64,000 nucleotides of DNA from Raillietiella orientalis (taxonomy: Eukaryota). Within the stretch, counting starts at the first letter, position 1; every line of letters begins with the position of its first letter. Shown here in pieces: positions 51,163 through 61,149 of the stretch. Both the position numbers and the translations under genes were made by a program. The notes under the pieces were generated by a model. It had not been told where the DNA came from and searched no databases. It saw nothing but the letters and a program-made list of their open reading frames with translations. The stretch is from positions 124,001 through 188,000 of the forward strand of contig JAYWIR010000051.1 in assembly GCA_036172245.1 (NCBI GenBank), written 5' to 3'.

Positions 51163-53330
51163 CATGCGTTTTTGTGTGTTTTTTTTTCATCCGTTTTTTG
51201 TTGGCTTGTTGAAACTTCGTTTTAGCAGCTGCTGGAGCACTCTCGCGCGCCCGGCTGCAGGCAAGAGGGGAACGTCCTGTCCCTATGGAGCTCGCGCGGC
51301 CACGCCCCGCTCCCTTTCCTCCTCAAGGTCTCTTTCTCTTCCCTCCTCCCCCACGTCATATCGTGCCCTGGGAACTCGAAGCACCAACAATTTTGCTTTC
51401 TCGGCTCTTTGAAGGTCGTCGGACACTCTTCTTCCAGGTATACCTTTTGAATTCCGTTTCAAAGTACGTCGTCCTCAGTTTACTTATGGAATCCTCAAGA
51501 GGAGCTCAACAAGTGGGGAACATGGGTAGAAAATTGCGTGTTCGGAATATCCCACGATCTCAGAACGATAAATAGATAAAAGCTAGCTGAAGAGCGCATC
51601 GTAACCGACACCACCAGCACCTGCGTTCGTTCTTCCATAAATGCATCGTTTGCACGGTCCCAACGCTGCTAATCGGATGCTATTCGTATTCAGCTGAATC
51701 ATCCCCTCATAGAACCAAAAGCATCTCCGCGCGAAGCATTCCTCACTTCCTCCTACACATCCTCCGGCTCGCTGATGTGCGTTTGTTTTTTGATGCCTAT
51801 TGGCATGCAGGGCGAAGGAACCGGCTGCTGTCTCCGGCTGAGCTCCTACACGTACCGAAGGGGCACACCAATCACGATAAAGACGGCCCCGAAATTAAAC
51901 CAACGCTTAAGAGAATGGCGATTATCTCTTAATCCCAGAAGACATCCTTCAGAAGGGAACGACTCGCAGCGAGAGCTGCTGCATTCCCTCACTTTCTCAC
52001 GCGCGCGAACGGCTGCCGGAATTTTTCTCTTCAAAGCTCTTCCGCTAGTCATTAACGCCGCTCTCCTCGAGTTACATTAATTCAGTGATGCCTTTTTGTC
52101 GCCTCATTGCTCCCGGGGTCAATAGGCTGACACAAAGTCGGCAGTTTAACGATCTCAAATGCACTGGGAGACTGAGGTGTGGCAGGAACACAAGACGAAA
52201 CATTCGCAAAACCGCTTTCAATGCCGGTCCGCAAGCGGGAAGGTTACCCGAGAGCATCCTCCGTCCTAATTGTGATGATTACCCTTCGTATGGGGTCAGC
52301 TGTGGGCCACGAAGATTTGCAGCAACTGACAAACCTCCCTGCTCGTCGTCAGCTGCCGGCGTTCCTGGCGCAAAATCGTGTCAGCAAAGGAGCAGAACAA
52401 AAGCAAAAACAAAACAGCCGTGGCAAACCTCGTAAACCGAACCGTCCGCTTTCAAACAATTCTACATGACATGGGCATTCGTATATTTGAACACATCGTG
52501 TAAACACGCAAACATCGGAACGGGTAGTTGGGGGCACCCCAACACTTTCCAACTCTCCGCATTCCCCGTTTGGTTTCCGGTATCTGCGATCTGTGTTCCA
52601 TCTTCAGCCGCTGATCGAAACGGCGAGGGAGATATCTTGAGAAACGTGCGGACGCGTACACAAAGTTCGCTGCAATGCATCCCGGTCTGTCAGCTGCAGC
52701 TTCTTTTTTTTTTTTTTTTTTTTTGGAAAAAAAGAAGAAAAACACACACACACATACACACACGTAGATTGCAGTCGCCGGGCAAACGGATGTGCGGTCC
52801 TCCGGATGCAGCCTTTCGTCATCCCCTGCAGGAATTTCGCTGGGAAACCGCGCGGGGACCGGCGCCAAACGCTCCCTCGTGCACTCACGAATCAACGGGG
52901 AACCTCCCGGATTCGCCTTCTTCCAGACTTTGCATTTTCCGTTCCCGCTGAACCTTGGTTCCAGCCAACCGCTCCTTTCAGCTCCTCGGCAGTCTCGGTC
53001 GCCCTTGTGCCGCGTGCCCTGACATCTAATTTCGAAAAACCCAAGCTCTGCCGTAATGGTCAGCGTGGGTCTCCTTAGATTCTTATCTGCGACCGGGTCC
53101 GGTGGCACGAAGCGGCGCCCAGGAGGGAGTGCTAAAATTCAAGCAATCGCCGAATTATCCTGAAGCCTTGCGAAAATTCCTTCCGGCATGAGAGAGATCA
53201 CTGCCGGCGACAGCATTCGGAAAATTCCGACCACCCAACCGGCCATTCATCGTTCGCTGAACTAAAACACTTCACGATGTTTTGAGGTGGCGCGGGCAAG
53301 CGTCACGCAGTGCAAGGAACAACCTGCGCC

Positions 53331-53892
53331 ATGCAATTTGGTGAGAGCGCGTTCCCAAGTCGTGTGCAAAAACCTCCGGGAGGCGACTGCCATGAATTGT
53401 TTAACGACACGTGTGATGTCAGCGTACCCAGGCATCACAGGTAATTGATGTTTGCACTGAAAGCGTGCCAGTTGGTGGCTTTTTTTTTTTTCTTCAGGGT
53501 TTTGCAGCCTCCAGGAGGGGAATCCAGTGCTGTGTTTGCAATCGCACAGCATAACGATCGACCGGAAGACCCCTCACTTTCCAATAACTCAGATAAAACA
53601 GCAGTTGCCCCACCCGCGAACAACCTTTTCGCCGACGATGTTGAAAACGCAACCCCCAGGATCGTGAAGGACTACATGAAGAGCAGCATTTTTAATAGCT
53701 TCAGTGAACCGGACTCGACGCCAGGTAACGAGCTGGAAGGAAGAAAAATCAAGCACGCGGTTTTTTCCAGCCAGAACACTCAAGGTCAGGCGTAACCCCG
53801 TCACTGGAGAAGGCTTGGAATGTGATGACAAGGATGTCAACAAACAATCAAGACCCCACCCCCCTAGTGTTCCCTCAACTCGTTTCTGGTGA
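53331..53892 (+). CDS. Jupiter: Jupiter / HN1 (JPT)-family microtubule-associated protein, 152 aa. Exons 53331-53440, 53498-53724, 53771-53892
   Basis: The spliced product has two family repeats (SRVQKPPGGDCHELF and RVLQPPGGESS), MKSSIF, RRNPVTGEG and a C-terminal Trp (PSTRFW*). ATG is in GCC-ATG context and the 57- and 46-nt GT-AG introns are in phase. Confidence 0.85.
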
Positions 53893-53907
53893 TCAAATAC
53901 ATAAATT

Positions 53908-55307
53908 TCATTGCACAGTGACAATCCATGGGTGCGGATGCAAACCATAGAATATCCTCTCTAATTCATTGCTACATTTCTGGAAAACAGGCTGTAACTG
54001 CTCCAGTGTAGGCAGATGGATCTCCTGTCCATCAAACACAATCCGTTTGACGGGGTATACAAGTGAGGCTGTGCCACAAGCAAACATCTCTAACACAAGT
54101 CCCTGCTTGTGTTTTGCTATTAATTCATATATCGACATTGGCCTTTCTTGAATGTCAATATTCCCCCATTCGTGTGCTAAACTGAGAATGCTATCTCGAA
54201 TCACGCCAGGCAAGATCAGTCCATCCAATGGATGTGTCACCAGTTGCAGAGCTAAGGTGCAATGACGATGCCACTTTTTTTGCACTCACCTCCATCAGCA
54301 CCCTTGAGCACAGTAAATACATTGCTTGTACTCAGCTCAGTAATCACATGGTCAGGACCAGACAACCACAGTACTTGGTGCAACCCTAACTTATTAGCTT
54401 CTTTCTGAAAGCACACAAGCCTGTTGATGCCAAACTTCCCTAACTCACCAGCAGCTCAACAGTTGGTGCGTAATTGCTTCCAATCTTTTGGCAGCCATAT
54501 CCACCAGGCCAGGATCGTACCACAGTCTTGGAAGCCAGCAGATCAAGGGCAAGGAACTTGCCAGTAGCACCAAAGTAAGGCCCTACAGGGCTCAAAATAA
54601 CATACAGCAGTGCTTCTTGAGATACAGTCACCCCTAGTGCTCCCTGCAAATCCAGTAAGCATACTATAGGATGAATTCCACTCACCTCAGTACCAATAAA
54701 TGTTGGTCTAATATAAATGCTAGTGCCTTCTTCAGTTGGGAACCATGATTTATCAATGCTCAAAAGCTTCTGCAGACATAGCAAGAACTCATGCCCATCA
54801 AAGTCTGGGAGTACTAATCGTGCTGCTGATCTACGAAGCCGTTGTATGTTGAATTCTGGTCGAAACATGCGAATGCTCTGGTCTTTTCCTTTGAAAACTT
54901 TCATGCCTTCGAACACCTGCGGAGGATAACAGGATGAGTGAATGCCACAGAGACTATGCTGACTCTTTCAAGCCTTCTTCATGACGACAGAAGTGGTTGT
55001 GCCAAAGCATGTGTGCAAGCAAAACAGCATCTGCTGTGCTCTGCCAACACATTAGGTGCTCTGCAGTACATTAAAATGAATGCATACAACTATTGCTGAC
55101 CTCGACAGCATAGTGCAGCACTTTAGAACCAGGGTGGAGGCTAAGATATCTCAAAGGTTCTATCTCAGGATCCATCCATCCAGTATCGTTCTTCCATTTT
55201 ATCAACAGCATGTGATCAGTAAAATGTCTTCCAAAAACCAAATTCTTTGGGTCAGGTTTCTTCTGCAACTGATGTTCTTTCGCCAGCTGCACCTTGAGAT
55301 CTGCAAA
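53908..55307 (-). CDS. BCAT: Branched-chain amino acid aminotransferase (PLP class IV); first exon not resolved. Exons 55307-55101, 54916-54686, 54643-54449, 54404-54290, 54251-53908
   Basis: [50 protein letters not shown] lysine in [30 protein letters not shown]. Introns are phase-consistent. Confidence 0.93.
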
Positions 55308-58300
55308 CTGCGCTCTTTATTCTACGTATTAGAAGCACATTGAAATGCATCTGCTAACAAATACATGAAATATCCGTAATGTACAGGTGGGGTGATCCTC
55401 AAGAATGAAATGTCCCTCCCCCCTCCCTCGCAACCATGTTTTCTATTTTCGGTTGAGGTGCAAGAAAAATGACCCTGGGGATTTTTAGAACGTGACTCTG
55501 GGAAGCCCCCAAACGGAAACCGAAGATGCAGATCAGCCATTTGGTGATTTTGGGAGCGATTCCGACATGCTTGCTCGATTTTCACGTTCTTTCCGAAGTG
55601 CACTTTTTTCAAGTTTTGTGTTTGCGCGTGTGTAAGGAGACTGTGTTTCACGCAGCGTGCGAAGTTTCTGCGCTGCCGAGGAGCGGTTTCTCGACCCTCT
55701 CCGTCTGCCCGCAGGCACCGGACAACGCGGACCGTATGAAACGACCGTTCCGGCCCGGATGACCCGTTCAACGCAATCGGCTCTTTCGAGTTGTTCTTTC
55801 AAGTTTTCTTGTTTCTCCTAGCATTCCCGCGAGGAAAAAAGAAGGGTAGAACGCAAAAAAAGAACGAAAGCACAACAAAAGTGAGCTTCCGGCAACAATT
55901 GGCAGCCACACTTCCGGTGGATTCCGCCAGTTGGATTGCAGCCAACCACCACCACCACCACCACCCACGAATGTTCCCCACTTTCGGGAGCAACGAAAGG
56001 ACGTTTGCTGGGGACATCGACTTATTTATACAACCGGAAATGTGACGGGGAAAAAGGCGGGAGGCGGGCGAGGCACAGCGGGGCAGCTGCGGATCCCTTT
56101 GCTTACCCGAAACGAAATGCACGAAAGAAAGGGGGGGAGGGAAAGAAAAAAAAAAAGGAAAAGAAAATCAAGGACGGGGATCACACACCGGGATGCAGCA
56201 CGAAATATTTAGGTATACTCGTGCAACTTACCTTAAAGGTGTCCGCTTCGTGGAGGCACCTTTGGAAGACGTTCTGACCACGTTTCCTGATAAAAGCTCG
56301 AGGAGCATTTTGCGCTGCGAGTGCCTACAAACACGAAGCTATATTGTGTTGCCTCACAAAACAAGCCCGGCGAGGGCACGGTTTATTTAGGAAAAACACC
56401 GAACTTACAAGCATGGAGTGGAACGACCCCGCCGCGTACATGCCAGTGGAAGTCGACCGGGCCCGGCGTCGTCTACATAATGGCGCGCCGCCGCACACTC
56501 ATTGACGCCGCCGAGGGAACTGTTTGGGTGCGCGAACACGTGCACCGGGGCGCCATGCGGATTGTTGTTGCCAGTCGATAAGCGCGAACTGCGTCGTACC
56601 TCCTGCGCCTGGGGCCCGCGCGCCTGGCGCGGCAGCCCGCCTCCTGACCCACCGCGCCTGGGCGGGCAGGCGCCGTGGTGGACCCACGAGACGGCTGCCC
56701 ACGTCCGCCGCACGTACTTGCCCCGGAAGCGCGCCCGCGGGGAAGGCCTCCGCCGCCGCCTGCACAGAAACCGCGTTTATCAGACGGCCATCGCCCCGAG
56801 GACGCCTGCGCCAGCGGAAAGCACGGACCACCCCGTGCTCGCTCAAGCAAGAGCAGCAGCAGCAGCCGCAAGAGAGGAGGAAAAAAAGGAAAAAAGAAAG
56901 GGGGGGGGGCAAAGGCACCCACTGGCCCCCTCCGTCGGCGCTCCCACTCCAACCCGCGCTTTCGCATGTGACCACCACTTTCGCAGCGATGACATAGCTC
57001 CGCATGTGCACCCCCCCCCCTCCCCCATTCCTCTCCGCTGACGGTGCCATTCGCTCATCGTTTGGCACATGCAGCTCCCGATTTGGAGGACTCCTGGCTC
57101 CTGGATTTAAATTTGGTGAGCGGCACGACAGTCTCCGTGTTCGTCACGTGCGCAAGCGCTAAGCTGCTTTTTCTGTCCCAGCAAGAAAATACGCGCCTAC
57201 GGAATTCGTGATTGGCGCAGATCAAATAGTGGATGGTGCCGCATGATTCGAGTCCCTGGCAGGGAACTGGCCTGGGCCATGTACAAATCATCCAGGCCAC
57301 AAAAAAAAAGCGCCCGTTCATTTGACTTGCCATGCTGAGCTGGGCCCAGGGGGTCAGCTCCATACACTCGCTTTGTTAGTTGGTGAATTCTTCATCTTCT
57401 GTTACTGCTGCTCTTTTTTTTTTTTAAAAAAAACAGGTACTTTCGTGCAACGCGTCCTGTTGTGAGACTCTGCGAAGCAACACCTGTACGATGAAAGTTT
57501 CCTGTAATTCCGGCTGCACCTTAGTTTAGAATGTGCTAAGGAGCTCTCTTGCTTCCCTTTTGACTCCCAAGATCGAAGAGGCACACGTATCCGGCGTCCG
57601 ATCGGATGAGAGCTGTGTGGGACGAAAGAACAGCCCCGAGACGTGCGAGGGTTCCTTTTTCGCTTGAATGAGCCGCACGGCAGCGGACGGACCTCCTGAG
57701 GCCGAGGTGCCGTCCCGCTCGCCGAAGATCCTCCCCCTTCGTGGCGGGTGGCAGACCTGTTGAATGCACGCGCTGCTGGCCCTCAGCGCGCGCCAAGGGC
57801 AGCGCCTCGCAACAGTGTGTGCGCCCCGAGGCAACCATGGAAGCAACAATGAAGCGGCGCACCGCCCTCCCCCCCCCCCCCGGTTTGAGCAGGTTCAGCT
57901 GCCCCCGCGACAGGAGCATGGAACGGAGTAGGCGCTTGCTCCGGAGCGCAAGGATGCACCACGCTCCCGCTTGGCACCAAAATAGCAGGTGCAGTGCACC
58001 TGCGCAGCCAGCCGGTCCTGCGGGGCGTGTCCTACCGGGAGCCTCGCGGGGGCCGCACCTTCCTGAGACCCGCTCAGTCAAGTGGGGAGATCCAGCGGGA
58101 AGTCAGCCGTGCGCCGTGCGGCCCACGCCGACGGTGCCTCGGCACGAATCGGGAGGACGAGGGGGTTGGCTTCGCGCGAAGGGTGCAGCGAGATAAGAGT
58201 TGCCGCACGAGATAAGGCAAGGCTAAGGACGAATTCGTCAGTTCGTTGCCCGGTACAGTTATTTCCGCATGGAGGGAATCCCTGCCATCCGAAGGGGGGA

Positions 58301-58759
58301 GAGCTCGAGTGGCAGAGGTGGCGTCCCTCAGGGTAACCACATGCGCGACATTCCTGGGCGTATTTTTCTCCCACGCGCGCAGGCGCATGGCGCTAGGAAC
58401 CGCCGAGGCCGGTCGCGAGGAGGCCGCGGAACCCCGCTCGAAGTGACGTCACGTTCGCAGTGTGGAACAACCCCCCTCGCGTGATCTGCTCCGTGTCACC
58501 ACTGTGCGCTCCGCGCATTTCCACCGGCACGCTCCGTCGCGTCTGCAGTGCCGCCCCTCGGCTGCCCGCCCAGGAAGACAAGCTGCGCTCCCATCTCCGC
58601 GAAGCTCCTGCCGGGCGATCTTGTTCCACGCGAGCCGAAAGGCGACGACGAAGGCCCGGAGACGGCGGCCAGCGATCGGTCCGGCTGCGGAGGGCCGACT
58701 TACTCCGCAGGAGGAAACGGAAGGCGCCCTCTCCGCGGCGGAGCACCATCTCGGAGTAG

Positions 58760-59910
58760 TGGGAAACCCTGCAGTGCGCGCGGCCCTCTCCAGCCCGAAT
58801 CCGGCCCAGATATGCGCAGCTGCGTGCCTTCCAGAGTCGCCGTGCTTTTCTTTGGGGGGCCACCTCCAGCGGACGCACGCGCATGCGCGCACGGAAACTG
58901 CTGACGGAAACTGTGCGCCCGAGGCGTCGTCCGAGAGAAAGGCGTCTCCTCCGGTTGTGCTGATCACATGGGGCAAAAAAAAAAAAAATGAATAAAAAAA
59001 ATAGGAAGAAGCAAAAATCCTCTCTCGTGACGCGCACACCGGAAGAAGACCGACGACCCTCCTTGAGCCGACGCAGGCGTCTGCCTACGCGAAGGCATCC
59101 CCCGTGCCATCCGGGTTCCCCGGGGCGTTTCTCAAACCCGGGAAACTCGCAAGAAAAGTGAAGTGGCGGGACTCGTGGGACTGCCACGTGCGGATGCACT
59201 GGGGAGCTGCCGGGATGCCATCCCGCTGACAGTGGGAGTCTGCCCCGGAAGCCGGGGGAAAGAGAGGGGGGAAGGGGGGCGGGCGAGGAACAAGAGGGGG
59301 GAGGGAAGAAACAGAATGAAAATAAATAAATAAGAAAAAAAGAGCAGAAAACCTCGTGGAAGAGGGGAGTGGTCTCGGGAAGGGACCGCATTCTGTTGAG
59401 GGGCGTCTCCCTCTTTGAAAAGACGCAGACGGCGGCAGCAGTCTCCTCCTGCATGGTTTCCAGGTGGAGTCATCCTGTCGCGGTCCGCTGAGAGTTATGA
59501 AGGCGACGGGGATGGCAGGAGCGCGGCAGTGCAGACCACCGCCGAGCTCCCGCGAAGGCGGCGGCGAACAGCTGCCGACGGCGAAGCTGGTGGTGGGTAT
59601 CTCGCACGAAGAGGCGCTTCGCAACGTCTCCAGACTGTCCTTCACGAAGGACCGGAGGGCGGCGCCACTCGCAAGCAGGCCCACGGGAGTGACACCCTGG
59701 TTCTCCGCAACTGAGCCACCAGCTCGGGTGTGAGCTGCCCACCCCTGGTGCAATGATGGCGGCGGGCGTTGTCTGTGGGACGGCAAAAGTGCAGCTGCAG
59801 CGGGGCTGCCTGAGGCCGCTTGAGGGCGAGGGTGGTTTTGCGTCCGCGAGTGCCACCGCGCGAGCGCACGGGTCCTTCCGGGAGAGTGAGCGAGTGAGTG
59901 GACAGTGGTC
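58760..59910 (-). repeat. Right arm of the inverted duplicate; partner at 25795-26960
   Basis: Near-identical reverse complement of the left arm in the core, diverging toward both edges. Confidence 0.95.
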
Positions 59911-61149
59911 AATGGATCGACTCGCACGGAAGCGTTCCTTTGCGTTGGTTGGCTCTCGCTAGACGAGGGACTGTCAGATGGCGTGGAGGAGTCGGCTGCC
60001 TCGACCGCTATTGCAACGGCCATCGCTCAGTTCGGTTTTAAGAGCTCCCCATCACTAAAATCAATGGCGCCGCGAACCCTCTGATCTCCCCGGAGAGCGT
60101 TGTCTGGCTGACGACGCACCCCGTCAGGGCGCTGCTCCAAAAAGCCACACGCAGGGGAAAAAGTGCTCCCCCCCACCTTTTTTTTAAACCAGGAAACGGG
60201 TTGGGGCCATCGACCTCTCCTCCAAAGCTGCCAAGGGGAGAGGGGAGGGAAGGGGAGTAAGCGTGTCTCGGGAGCAGAGCAGAGCACGCATGTGGCGCCG
60301 CATTGGCACGCAAGGGACACGCCAGCACGGCTCGACGCTGAGTCACTCCTCCTGCCAGTGGCTGCTGTGTTCGTCGAGCACGCGCACGTCTTGCGAAAAA
60401 GGGGGGGAAGAGGGAGGGGGGGACAAGAGTTCGGCTGCTGTGAAGTCCGCTTCGGGGAGATACAGAGAAAGAAAGGAGAGAAAGAGGGGGGGAGAGAGGA
60501 GCTCCGTTGCTTCGCACCAGCTGTCCCGATCGGTCCGCAGGTGGCGCACACGAGGAAGGGTGCCGTGCGAGGAGGAGGAGGAGCGCTCAGAGAAAGGGTG
60601 CGAGGCGCGGCACACTTCGGCCGATGCGCTCTCTTCGTGCGCGAAGTTCGAGTTGCGTTCGGGACGCTGTGGTCTGGAAGGGAAGGGGGTATGGAGCAGA
60701 GTTTTCGGGCCTGCCACTGGTGGGGTTGATCTCGGCAGGCAGTCCCTCCGGCATTCTCCGGGAGAAACCGGCCAAACGGCGAGAACACCGGTGGCTTTTT
60801 ATTTTTTATTTATTTTTTTATTGCTTTCCTTTTCTTCACGTAGCACATCGGGAGTTTTCCTCCCCGTTCCTTTCCGCGCCGGCAGATTCCTCGAAGGATG
60901 GATAGCGCTGTGCACGCGCCAGAGCTTCTCCGACGTCGGCGTCACGAGATCTTTCGGCTCGCAGCCTCCTCGCTGCAGCAAGTGGAATCCTGGGACTCCT
61001 CCGCGATCCCCTCTTCCCAGCCGTCCGGACGGAAGCTCCCGGTGCGGACTGGGGACGAAACGTCGAGGGGGAGGGAAGGGGCCGTTCCTTGCTCTCTTCT
61101 TGCCTCCTCCCCTGGCGCTGCTACGTTCGCCCTTAGCATCGCGCGCGCT

